A stretch of DNA of 63,634 nucleotides, filler included, from Octopus bimaculoides (Eukaryota): the NCBI RefSeq assembly GCF_001194135.2. It is 4 parts of 3 records of this genome, joined end to end, with 100 filler letters (N's around TTAATTAATTAA, not from the genome) between each part and the next. Parts side by side here need not be neighbours in the genome. Positions count along the whole stretch, not along the records: positions 1 to 21,271 come from NC_068984.1; 3 more parts are not named here. The stretch is one strand, 5' to 3'. The translations under genes and the position numbers were made by a program. The stretch's first letter is position 1. Every line of letters starts with the position of its first letter. A model generated the notes under the pieces. That model saw only the letters and a list, made by a program, of their open reading frames with translations, was not told the DNA's origin and ran no database searches. Below, in pieces: positions 1 to 11,749 of this stretch.

Positions 1-505
1 TATCTTGTCCTATACCTTGGTGGCAAATTTGGAGTCCTTGGCACTATGCAATGATGCCTAGTTCTAGTATTTGTGTATCTCTCGATGCCAAAGTTTGGGA
101 CAAGTCTTTGCAGGATCCTCCAGATGTATATTATGGCATATCCTTCTTTCCTACGCTCTAAGAAATAGAATCTTAATCTCTTGAGTCTTTCCCAGTAGCT
201 TATATGCTGCATAGAGGCTATCTTCTTCGTGTAGCTTCGTTGGATTGCCTCTAGTTCTGAGATTAATTTGAAACCGGTTGGTGACCATAGCTGAGAGCAA
301 TAATCAATGTGGCTGAGGACAAGTGTCCTCCAGAGGACCACCATTGTTTCCTGATCTCTTGTTCTAAAAGTTCTAAGAATCTATCCGGTCAGCTGCCTGC
401 ATTTCATTGCCAATTTAGCAACATGCATATGAAAGGATGCATCATTACTCATGTAAATGCTCAGGTCTCTATTGAGGTGAAAACAATTACGCCGTGGAAT
501 GTAAA
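1..505 (-). mobile_element. CR1/L2-type LINE fragment, C-terminal part of RT ORF (pseudogenized)
   Basis: Manual minus-strand translation: RDLSIYMSNDASFHMHVAKLAMKCRQLTG*ILRTFRTRDQETMVVLWRTLVLSHIDYCSQLWSPTGFKLISELEAIQRSYTKKIASMQHISYWERLKRLRFYFLERR. The LDYCSQLWSP and LSYWERLK-like motifs are typical of CR1-clade ORF2 downstream of the RT core. Confidence 0.85.
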
Positions 506-651
506 CAATGGTGTCATGGAATCTTTTCCCTTGAATAAAATTAGTGCCGTTGTTTTGTCAACAACAACTATCCGTTGTCAACAAGAATTATCAGCGGTAT
601 ATATTTCGTTTGTCACTGTTATTTATGACATCGTTCGTGCGTTTGTACTGG

Positions 652-886
652 TTTTAGCTTTAGGGTTTTAGGGTTAGGGTTAGGGTTCGGGTTTTAGAGT
701 TAGGTTTAGTTTTAGGATTACGGTTAGGGTTATGATTATTTTTGCCATAACCTCACTCATAACCTTAACCCTAAAACCCTATAACTCATAACCATAACCC
801 TAACCCTAACCCTAACCCCAACCCTAACCTTAAAACCCTAACCCTAACTCTAAAACCCGAACCCTAACCCTAAAACCCTAAACCCT
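652..886. repeat. Interstitial telomere-like repeat in head-to-head arrangement: (TTAGGG)n variants, short spacer, (CCCTAA)n variants
   Basis: G-rich arm ~652-733, C-rich arm ~747-886. 659-704 equals the reverse complement of 843-882 except for one extra TTAGGG unit. Confidence 0.9.
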
Positions 887-2699
887 TACTAGGGAATAAT
901 GATATAATTAAACAGGGAATAACACACTTGACACNNNNNNNNNNNNNNNNNNNNNNNNNNNNNNNNNNNNNNNNNNNNNNNNNNNNNNNNNNNNNNNNNN
1001 NNNNNNNNNNNNNNNNNNNNNNNNNNNNNNNNNNNNNNNNNNNNNNNNNNNNNNNNNNNNNNNNNNNNNNNNNNNNNNNNNNNNNNNNNNNNNNNNNNNN
1101 NNNNNNNNNNNNNNNNNNNNNNNNNNNNNNNNNNNNNNNNNNNNNNNNNNNNNNNNNNNNNNNNNNNNNNNNNNNNNNNNNNNNNNNNNNNNNNNNNNNN
1201 NNNNNNNNNNNNNNNNNNNNNNNNNNNNNNNNNNNNNNNNNNNNNNNNNNNNNNNNNNNNNNNNNNNNNNNNNNNNNNNNNNNNNNNNNNNNNNNNNNNN
1301 NNNNNNNNNNNNNNNNNNNNNNNNNNNNNNNNNNNNNNNNNNNNNNNNNNNNNNNNNNNNNNNNNNNNNATCAATCGGTCAACAATTTCTACCCTGTACA
1401 AGAATTCGCATTCACCATCCCTGACCCCTAGTAATTTCCCAGACATTTCTATTTTTATTGACACTTAACTTCCCACCCCCATTTATCATAAACCAACCAA
1501 TTCTCACCTTTTCCACCCCTGCCCCCTCTCTCTCACATACACACACATGCAAAAGCTGCCATCTTCTTTGAAAACTGGAATAAGGAAAAATGGTGTGGGT
1601 GGATGGGTGTCGAAGGGGTGCATATGCGTATAGATTTGTGTTGGAGTATGATGGCGTTGGTTAGTGGAGATGTGAAAACATGTCGGTTTTTGTGTAATTG
1701 TTAGGTGGACGGTATGAAAGATTGTATGTGAGGATGTGTGAGAAAGAATAAATAAAGGTGGTGAGGAAGCGCTCTGGGATGGCATATGCAATGTGGGTTA
1801 TTTATGTGTTTGCATGTAGGGATAGAAAAGCGTTTTCTCAACTGTGTGCCTTTGAAACGACCAACGAAGGATAAAGAAAAGATTAAGATACCAAAAATCG
1901 GATAAGAGATTAAGAGTTCAAGACAAGAAGACAGTAAAAGTCTGAGAAAATGGTAAAGTTCAAGAAGAAAGTGAAATAGCGTAGATGATAGAAGATAAAA
2001 AAAATGAGAAAAAGTCGTAGGAAAGTTGGAACACATGTTACTGAAACGGTGGAAAATAGTAGACCAGTGGTTCTCAACCACTTTTTTTTTCAATGGACCT
2101 CGTTGAATACCGTTTTACCCCCATAAAATTCAGTGTTATAGATATTTTTTTCAAAATTCTTATTTTGTTCTTCACATTCACTTGTGTAGGTTTGCAATAG
2201 CAATCACTGAAAGATGTTTCAGTGGTCAGAGACATGTTGAACTAAGCTAAGCATTAGAGCAGTGGTTCTCAACCTTTTTTGGTCCATGCGCCCTCTCATC
2301 ATATGTCAGAATGTCATTCCTCCCTTCCCAAAATTATCTGTCCAAAAATGTGGATTCAACATAATAATATGAATATGATACTGAAAATCCGTATTTTCCT
2401 CCATATTTGTACGTAACATTTATATACATAGATTAATTTTATAGTGTGATTTTATACGTTAAGTGGCAATTGAACACTTTGATGAATATCAAAACATAAA
2501 TAATAGTAGTTTTTGATATTCATAATGTATTACTTAACAGACCAAACAGAAGCGTAATACAATAAACAAAAAATAAAGTGCCAAAGAATTGTGATTCAAA
2601 ACACGAAAATAGAATGCTAGAGGATTGTTTCACCAAACAAAAAGCTGCATAGAAAACCAGGATAGTTTAATTCTTTTCTTAATTTTATTTAGATAAAGA

Positions 2700-3565
2700 T
2701 TGTAACTAATGAGAAAACTGTGATTGTTTTTTTCTTCAGCAATTCTGAAATACGCGGGTGAGAGCTTGAAAGAGCACAACGAAGATCATTTTCAACCCCC
2801 AGTCTAGTACATCGTTGCGTTAGATCTGAAAACCCTGACTCACAAAGATAGGATGACACAAATGGAAGCAATGCACGGATTGCTTTTTCTGCCACATTTG
2901 GATATGAACGGCACATTAAGGGCCAAAATTCTGTGTTTGATTTCTCGTCGAACATATCTCTTGCTCCCGAATCAGTTTTCAGCTCCAGAAATTCATCTTG
3001 ACAATCGTCAGGAACTTTTTCAACTGATAATTTGAATGGATTTCGCACCAAATCCAGCTTACCATCATTGAGTTCAGGAAAATATCGCTTAAATTCATTT
3101 TCTAGTGCTGTCAAATGTTGCAAAATTTCAATTTTTGAAAATTGTGGAAGCACTTGGTCTTCACCATCAACAACAAGAACGGATCGTAGCGTTTCAAACA
3201 TTGCAACATTTTCCAGTTTTCCAGCTTCCTTATGAAAGCTTTCAAGACATCCACAAATTTTATGACATTTGTATTCCTTCCTTGCATCTGAAGATTATCA
3301 GCCAAATAGGCAAAGCACACGCTCTATTCCTTATCATCTAGCCACGCAAAAAAAAATCCATTTTCCCCTGAACTTCAAAAGATAGTTTGAGTTCGTCTCT
3401 CAGCTCATATACTCGCGCAGTTACACTCCCTCTTGACAGCCATCGAACATTTGTGTGGAAAAGAAGCAAATGGTGGCCTGCATCAATGTCAGTGTATAAC
3501 AGCCTGAAAAACCGTGAGTTGAGAGCTCCTCCTTTGACAAAATTCACAATCTTAATTGTTTGGTC
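2700..3565 (-). pseudogene. Buster/ZBED5-like hAT transposase, C-terminal half (frameshifted)
   Basis: QTIKIVNFVKGGALNSRFF..LLFHTNVRWLSRG; AYLADN..LQMQG; FWPLMCRSYPNVAEKAIRALLPFVSSYLCESGFS (hATC dimerization motif). Confidence 0.9.
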
Positions 3566-3705
3566 TGAAGTATGAATATATGTTCAGTATCAAGTATTGA
3601 AATGGCTGCATGTATATTATTAGAAGAATTCTTACAGAGAAAAAGAATAAATTTAAGAACTATATATTTACTACATAAAAATTTATTTTATTCATCGATT
3701 GTCGA

Positions 3706-4049
3706 TGTAACATAATCAAAATGTAGAATCTAGTTGAATGAAGTAATCTATGCAAGGAAATTCAGAAATGTAGAAATAACAGCTAAGTGGTTTTCAGTCA
3801 TGTGGCGTAGAGAAAAAGACAGGCATAGCAACGACGTAAATGGCTCAGAGTCTAATTGACTAAGAAGCAAAGAGCAAGGCAAGCAAGCTGTTTTTGTTAA
3901 TGGAACGATAGGCATTCTAGAAACTTCCAAGAGAAACACGAAACTTCTTGAATAATTAAGAATTACTTCTCATGACGTAGATTATGCTATAAAACTTTCT
4001 GCAAGATAGATCATTCAACTAGTTTAGCTACAGACCACAAACTACTACA
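3706..4049 (-). repeat. Putative Gypsy 3' LTR
   Basis: On the minus strand a GGGGG purine tract (plus 4052-4056) precedes TGTAG..., ending ...TTACA at 3706. It lies directly downstream of the integrase C-terminus. Confidence 0.5.
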
Positions 4050-4136
4050 CACCCCCTAGGCAAAATTAACGTTACACAATAATGAAAATAAATATATACA
4101 TCATAAAATGTCACACTATAGGAACAATATCACAGT

Positions 4137-4735
4137 TCAAATGTAATAAATGTTTGCTAAATTTTTGGGCTTATACACATGTCTACCGCTTTTGGTAGTC
4201 CGAGTTTGTGAAGTTGTGTGTAAAGGACGCGCTTGTAATGCTGTGTGTGTGTTGTCTGTAGTGGGGTTGGAAATAGTTTTTTCAATGTGAGTCCTTTTGA
4301 GTCTATCAACTGAAATAATGTCTTTACGACCGTTAAGGTCTAAGGTGAAAAATTTATCTGTACAAGAAAGCACATGAAATGGCCCTGAATAAAGGATGTT
4401 TAACGGCATCGTTATGAACAAAAGCATGAGTCCAGGAAGAATAGTCCTTAGGCAAATATGTTTTAATGTGTTGCCCTGACTCGCAGGCCAGGTCCTACTA
4501 TATCAACATGTATGTACTGGAATCGTGCAACTGGAGTGGAGAAAATACCTAACGGTGCACGGATATGTTTATGTATCTTGAAGTTTTGACAATTGACACA
4601 GGTACGAGTCCAATTAGTTATGTCTCGACGCATGTTTGGCCAAACGAAACGAGCTGTATTAAGCTTCAATGTTACTGTTATAACTGGATGTGAAACATTG
4701 TGTAGTGCTGAGAAAACGATACTGCGGTGCTTTTC
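4137..4735 (-). pseudogene. Ty3/Gypsy integrase remnant (H2C2 zinc-binding region, start of core, GPF module), internally deleted
   Basis: LHNVSHP...ARFVWPNMRRDITNWTRTCVNCQNFKIHKH..RFQYIHVDIVGP, followed by YSGPFHVL..DRLK. Confidence 0.88.
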
Positions 4736-5870
4736 AGGAAGTAAATCTAAAATATCCAATAAGTTTTGAAGTGGTAGTGAGGCAAGGTTGAAATCCCATA
4801 GCGTGTCGAGCTAGACGATCTACAAGCTCGTCGATAGTTTAGTGTCTATATCTGAATGGGATAAAGCAAAGCAGCGACGAAAGGGAACCAGATGTTAACG
4901 TTCCGACATTTAGACAGCGACTGGATAAAACGCCTTTGAAAAGCACGCGCTATTGCTTTTAAAGAGCGGAGGAATGCAGCACCTATGTGCTGCTATGCAG
5001 GGGCGAAATAATTCGACTGCCCTGCTAATGCTACATTATCCCCCCTCCGAGACCATTTTCGATAACTTTTAAAATTTGTAGTAGAGCAGAGTAAAGCAAT
5101 GGCACAAAATACGGAGGAAAGGAAGAAAATGTAAAAACCTACTTTCTGTCGTCACTTGTTGAGCAGAGAGAGTGAGTTGTCTCTGAGTGGCAGAAAGTCA
5201 AAACTGGCAGCCAAAAGTACAAATCAAGGAAAGCAGGAATGCATGGATGTACCAGCAAAAGTTGCAATAAAAAATACAGGTGCTGAAAATGGAAAGTGCA
5301 AATATATGCAACAGCACTGTGAAGGATAACACCGTTTGCAGAGTCTGATGCAAAAACCTTGAACTAAAAGCTGTGCATCACAGACTAAGTGTGCAAAAAG
5401 AGGTGTTGGATAGTAGATCACAGCATTGGAAAGCATGCCAGTGAATTAATGCGCATGCGAATACGAGCACACAAGCATGAGGAATATAGAAAATGTACCA
5501 AAAACCAATTGAAAATGCGACAAGAAAACATGCTATGGGATTTCAACCTTGCCTCACTACCACTTCAAAACTTATTGGATATTTTAGATTTGCTTCCAAG
5601 TACTGGAACTAACTACTTTGATGTGTATTAAGGAATTAACTGAAGCCTCCTACACCCTATTGTTTTGTACGTTTATCTCTGTTGTGCCGGCTACTTTATG
5701 TGTGAGCAAAGAATAAATCCTGTCTGTAAACCAAAAGCTTTACCTTCTGATTTTTATCGTTACATTTATGTAAACCATGCATTTATACGTTTCAAACTTT
5801 CTTACGTGCACACATCTAACTATACTTCCTAAACTGGCAAAGCCCAACTCTTAATTTACCTCTTGTTACA

Positions 5871-6680
5871 GGTCCAAAACCTTTCTCAGTGGAGTTGGAA
5901 GTGTTTTGGAAGCCAAAGCCTGACGATGGATCATGCAATGAATGTCCTTCACTTTTGAAGCTCGTTTTTTCACACTGGCTTGAAATCCTGATTTTGTCCC
6001 CAACATAGCTGGTGCTCCATCTATACAGCACCCACTCATATTATCCCACGAAAGATTTTCTGATTCAAGAAAAGATGAGACCTTTTCCAAAATATTAGAG
6101 GCCCTGGTAATTGTTTCAAGAGAAGAGCAAAAAATAAACTCCTCCTTAAATGAGTCTGAGTGCACATACCTTGCAAACACCATCAACTGTCAGTCGATTT
6201 ATCAATTTGTATTGAAAATATCCCAAATGATGCAGACTTAATCTCTTGCACAACTTGGTCCTTGATGTCGATGGCCATATCACTGATCCTCCATTGAACC
6301 GTACCATTTGATAGTGAAACCGCTGTAATTTCTTTTTCTCTAATTCATTTCCCAACACAAGTTCCACCATTTTGCGACAGCAAGGTTTGATCAAAGTTTC
6401 CCCGATTGTATGTGTTTTTTTGTCTGCTTTGCTATCTCCAGTGCAACGATATAGGAAGTTTCAATAACCTTTTGGTTTGTTTCATGGAATGCCCCTGACG
6501 TTCAAAAAACGTTTTGTCCTTGTCTTTGTGTTGAAGATGAACATTCAGCAAATGTTGCTTCAACTTTGTCGGTTTCATAGAATCATTTGACAAACCTTTG
6601 AGGTCTCTCTTCTCCATTGATGACGATGGATGTGAATCCATACTGAATATATGAATGATCGTGCTTTCTTTTTTTGATAC
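5871..6680 (-). pseudogene. Buster/ZBED5-like hAT transposase, N-terminal half
   Basis: SMKPTKLKQHLLNVH (BED-finger region); EFIFCSSLET..; GCCIDGAPAMLGTKSGF..HCMIHRQALASKTLPTPLRKVLD. Confidence 0.9.
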
Positions 6681-7544
6681 TCATGATGAGCTTTAGATTC
6701 TGTAAATAAAAAAAGAAAATGTCAAAGACAAGTATAAAAAGATTATTTTCACAGATAAAACGTGTAATATTTATCTACATTTTATTTATTCTGTAACATG
6801 GCTAGCAAGAAAGAAGGGGATCATGCCTTCTAGCGTCTCAAATTCACATATGTAAAGGCAAAAATAAATAGCGTCCCAAATTAGAGAAAGGTACATTTCC
6901 CATTTGATAGCAGGTTCAATACATTGCCATCCAGTGTTTTTTTTCAAAGGTGAGTTCACGGGTATGCCGCTGCTTCCCATGGGTACAATAATGGTTATAT
7001 GCACCGAGTGAAAACAGAGTATTTACTCTCTTCGAACATACATTACTGAATAGGAAACCAATTTTCAGACTTGATATCGCCCGGGCCAGAAAAAATTATG
7101 AAAACTCATAAATTCTTACTGATGTCTTACACTCGCCAAAACATAGGCGCATGTATATTTTCAAAAATTTTCAGTAATTATTTCTAGGAGCCTGTAGGTT
7201 TGTATTATCATTTCTACATATCTGTACGCACGTACACAGAACTTGTAAATTTTGGTAAGCTATTGTAGGCGTTCGTAAGTATTAGTATATTTCTGGGATC
7301 TAGTTGGTTTGGTTGCCAGCATTTCAAAACTTAAAGTTTACCGAAAATTTTAAAATTTGACACAATAATACACTTGCCCAAACTGAATTGCTGGAGTTTC
7401 TTCACTTTATTTTTGAAAAATGTTTTTAAAAAGTTATAGACGTTTAAAGTTTGATAATTTTCACCCAGTCAGGAAACAAGATTTGGAAGCTGTCATTTTA
7501 TGCATGACTGCACATTTTGTCGTCAATATCCTGAAAATAGCACG

Positions 7545-8050
7545 TGTTATGCAAATGCGATGAACAACACATTGCATGCGATAAACACATAACAATTTTT
7601 AAGAGAAAGATTTCGAAGAATTAGATGAAAGTTCTCCGGTAATTTTCTTTCATGTAAATAAATGTTTATGTTAATCTAAAAGAGTTATCGAAAAAAACCT
7701 TATTTAGCTGTTATTTTTAGCACACCACACAACCACCTCATTGCTCAATGACAAAAAGAAACAAAACAAAAAAAAACGTGTAAATAAACATTTAAGCATT
7801 CAATATACATTTAATGCAAATGCGATGAACACATTACATGCAATAAACACATTACAATCTAAATATGTCTAATTACAATTTAAATATGCTTAAAGACAAA
7901 GCATTTACTATGTATTTAATGTAAATGCGATAAACAACATGTTACATGCGATAAACACTTTACAATTTTTAACAGAAAGATTTAGAAGTATTAGATGAAA
8001 GTTCTCCGGTAATTTTCTTTTATGTAAATAAATGTTTATGTGAATTTAAA
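7545..8050. repeat. ~135-bp direct repeat (7545-7680 and 7915-8050, partial copy ~7812-7860) inside Merlin
   Basis: Shared gcgataaacac...ttagatgaaagttctccggtaattttcttt..atgtaaataaatgtttatg. Confidence 0.8.
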
Positions 8051-8260
8051 AATTTGCCAGCAAAATCTTATAAAATGACAATGTTCCAAAAGATGTACAT
8101 GTTATGTATAAAAATAAGAGTGAACAAAATATGCTTAAAAGACAAATTTTTAAGCATGCAATAAGCAACACATTACAAAATATTTTAAAAATTAGAACCG
8201 AAAGTGAGAAATACAATCAATCAATTTTTTAAACACATCACAATTTTCATACCTCATGCG

Positions 8261-8900
8261 CTACATAAATTCACAGAGATATGAATCTACCATAGAACGG
8301 TGAGTGCCACAGTATCGTTTATTACCTCGTTTCACAGAGGCCCACGTACTCTCCACTTGTTGAGTGTGGGTACCATCTTTCGGGTTAACAAATCCAACGC
8401 TGTGGTTCACCATTCTATGCTTAAAATTGTAACCATCAATTTCAGAAATGTGAGAATACGTCTTCCATATATCGCTGAAAATTGTGGTTCTTGGAAGAAT
8501 CGAGTAACGTATGCATTCTTCCAGTGTGTCACGATTCTGATATGGCACTGCATACAGAAAAACCTGTCTGGTCTCGCGACACACTCCTCCGAAAACCCAC
8601 TATTCAGGGAAGACGAATTGGATGACGGAGCATAGCCTCCGCACATATTTATCTAACATAGTTGTTGTAATCAATAACTGTACTACGGTTCATCTCCGGT
8701 TCTTCAATACAAAACCGGACTGAAGTCAATTCCTTAAGCGTCAAATTTGTCAACACGTACTTTCTTGCAGATAAAAGACTTCTCAAAGATTTCACAGTTT
8801 CGCTTGTTACTATGGCAACAGGCATGTGCTTTCTCAGAGACAAAAAAGTTCTCATGTTCCGCTTCTTACTATCAAAACAGGCATGAATGTGTCTGGCTTA
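8261..8900 (-). pseudogene. Merlin/ISXO2-like DDE transposase remnant
   Basis: CRETRQVFLYAVPYQNRDTLEECIRYSILPRTTIFSDIWKTY..HRMVNHSVGFVNPKDGTHTQQVESTWASVKR..SYLCEFM. Confidence 0.9.
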
Positions 8901-11749
8901 CAGTTGGCGAAAATTACCAAAATTTTCAAACTTTAATTACTAATAACTCTTTTATTTATTGATTTATAGTGTAAATGATTTTCACGTCATTAATTAGCCT
9001 ATAAAAGTGTATCATTACACTGAATATGAAATCAATTCAAACAGAATTGATGCTGGCAGCCAAACCCCGACTAGATCCCATTTCTGAAAGCGCGAGTAAA
9101 TTATATCATGGCGCTCTTTTACGTATGAAAATTTATACGTTTGTATAAGTTAGGCACATAAATCGTAAGTATTTATAAGCACATGTAAGTTTTTGTGGGT
9201 TATTTTTTGTCCCGGATGAGCATTTGAAATTGAAAGATGAATGGAAAACAATGAAATCGTGATTCTTTCTTGTTCTGATCCCTAACAAAATTTCGATATT
9301 GTTTGATATTTTTCAATCAAACATTATTTATGTTATGACAACAACGTAAACGATAAATCGAATATCAATGCTTATTAACATCGTTTTTTCAAATATTCGA
9401 TTTTCAAATACTCGATATGACGTCACATATGGCCGCTCAATGCAGAAATTTAGTTTCCGTTAAATATAATTCCGTTTACTTTCTTTTCCCGCCTTCCTGA
9501 GTAACACGTTGAAATACTGTTTTATTTGAAACACAATACCTTCACTTTTCCAAATTTTTATAATATTAGTTAGTAAAAGGTGACTCAGCTAATCCTGTTA
9601 TCTTACGAGTAAACAGGAGAGAGGAAAATCAAAGAGGAATTAAGAGGAAAAATTCAACCCAGAGCGTACAAATAAGAGTCAATAAAAAAGAAAAAGAGTT
9701 TATAAACTCTAGGCCAATGACGGCGACGACCCGATGAAACGACTAGATTTCTTTAATGTATGTTTAAAGTAATTCCTTCTTTCATTTTCTCAAGCTGCGT
9801 TCTGTGTAGACCTGGAGCCAATTTGAGTTAATCAATCTGTGGTCTTCATTCCTCACTGAAAACTCTAAAATTCCCCACTTCGGGAGATTTCCCCACAGAT
9901 TGAGAGCCACTGCATTAGAGACAGGAACCAGTTGTTTCTTGCAATAAATACATCTAAAGCAAAACTTTTTTCATGGAACCCTAAAATGCTCTCGTAAATC
10001 CCTATTTTACTATTTTGACTGNNNNNNNNNNNNNNNNNNNNNNNNNNNNNNNNNNTGACACGGGGGAGGGGGTCAGAAAAGGAATGTGAATCTGGATGTA
10101 TGTGTGGGTGTTATATAACTGTTAGTTTAAGAGGGATGAAGCAGTAGCGACATATGGAGGTGATTTAAGGGTATAAATAAAAAAAAATGCCAAGGAGTGA
10201 GGTGTGTATGTGTGAAAGTATCAATATGTGTGTGTGCGTGTGACGAGTAGGTGTGTGTATGTATGTGTTCGCTGGCTGGTGTGTCAAAGTAACAAAAAAG
10301 AAAATGAATAGAGGTATGTACGTGTGTAAATGTGTGTATAAGTGATGGGTGCAACTGTGTGGAGGAAGGATGGTCGAAGGGAGGTATGTGTTTGAGTGTG
10401 AGTTAGTATATGAAGAGTGTGTGTGAGACTGAGGAAGAGGTAAAATGCAGATGATAGAGAGGGTGTGCTGGAGTGTGCGGGGGCATATGACCGACTGCGA
10501 GGAGAAAGGAAGAGAGTTGAATAGGTAGTGTAATTCTGCATCAAGTAGTGAGGGGTGGAAGTGATATCCAAGAAATTGTTTTGGACGGGTTTCGATAGTA
10601 AGTTTAAAACCAAACCCTTTAAAGAATTTAAAGAATTGTTTTTGGAATTTGCCTGTTTTTATTTATCACGGTTTCTAAGTATGATAAACTCATCGTCTGC
10701 TGCCTGCCGAACATATACGTAAAAGCTTAAAGGACCAACCCTTACACATTAGAAACCATCTAAATCAATGGTTCAACAATTTTTTACTTGTAGACCCCTT
10801 TCATTACTGTTTTACTCTGGTGGCATTTCAAATGCTACTTTTTAACTTTTCAGGACCGGAACACTTTCTAGCCAAGTTTGTCATTTTAGCTTATTTAATT
10901 TTGTTATGTCTGCATTGCATACGCATTGTTCACCTGTTTTTATTACATGTTTTCTGCTAAATGTTCTCCTTTTGAATGTCTGCAGTTTCTTTCTTCGCAC
11001 GCCCCTACTCTGTATTTTGTTTGCAAAACAAAACATGCGCACACTCGTGTACTCTGCCTCAGTCGCGCACCGACCGGCATATTCAGCATTCTACGCCAGT
11101 AAAGCGACACCGCTATTCGGACGCACACGAATAGATACTTGTCCCGTATACCTTCTCAAGATTCTCTCTCCTGATATGCACAATTTTTCTCAGCCTTGTA
11201 TCGCATTCACCAGCAACAAAATACTTTTCACAATTGAACGTTATTTTCACCTTGTCTTCAAATGCATTTTTGTATGAATGCATTCTTTTCCCTAGATCGT
11301 TCGTTTCCTTTCCTCGGAACCTCACTGGGGAGGGGAGTGATCTGGTGAATCTTGCTGGCATGATGTAGATCCAATCCTAGATAGCCAAATTTAAATTAAT
11401 ACTTCAACAGCGCTTTTCTCACGGTAAAACAATAGTTTTCCGTGACAGCAATTTACATTTGCCAGATGCCTTAGCTAAACAAAATAATGTCTTCGCCACT
11501 TGACCCTTCTAACCTCTTCTATTTCAGCAAAACCTAGAATTAAGATAACAAGTACCACCAACGAAATCCATTGTTCTCAACGATATGTCTATCCTTCTGG
11601 ATAGTTATAAAAACAAGAACCCCCAAGCAAAAGTCAGTTAGTGACAACTAGAGCTAGTGAGAATCCAAGTTAGTGAGAACGGAGTCTGGCTAACCGGCCG
11701 GCTGAACAAAATGCCGTCTCTAAAGAAAAGGGCACAAAAGGACAACTAT

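Larger units (their letters stand above)
3566..5870 (-). mobile_element. TG...CA-bounded composite insertion with LTR-retrotransposon remnants, inside the hAT transposase
   Basis: Flanked by a 4-bp direct repeat GGTC (3562-3565, 5871-5874). Removing it restores the in-frame transposase KVLD-QTIKIV. Termini are TG and CA. Confidence 0.8.
7296..9078 (-). mobile_element. Merlin (IS1016/ISXO2-like) DNA transposon nested in the hAT element
   Basis: Imperfect TIRs GGATCTAGTTGGTTTGGTTGCCAGCAT and ATGCTGGCAGCCAAACCCCGACTAGATCC. 8-bp TSD TATTTCTG (7288-7295) / CATTTCTG (9079-9086), 7/8 match. Confidence 0.85.
2260..9912 (-). mobile_element. hAT (Buster/Charlie-type) DNA transposon, full-length but interrupted by nested insertions
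   Basis: TIRs CAGTGGTTCTCAA (2260) and TTGAGAGCCACTG (ends 9912). Perfect 8-bp TSD CATTAGAG at 2252-2259 and 9913-9920, with TA at positions 4-5 as in the Buster subfamily. Confidence 0.92.
2065..10021. mobile_element. Outer hAT-type MITE (left end 2065), interrupted by the Buster element; right part runs into the N gap
   Basis: Starts CAGTGGTTCTCAACC followed by ttttcaatggacc. Similar MITE ends occur at ~10766 and 44844-45508. Non-Buster sequence resumes after the TSD at 9920. Confidence 0.55.

Noticed and set aside
1370-2060. Strand-asymmetric pyrimidine/purine segments resembling PLE 3' UTRs (also ~10086-10620 and 58500-59250)
   Set aside because: No coding motif or intact ribozyme core was found to anchor the assignment.
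10630-10720. Possible degenerate hammerhead on the minus strand (CGATGAG...GAAACCG)
   Set aside because: The CUGA core is broken and stems II/III do not close; at most a decayed PLE terminus.
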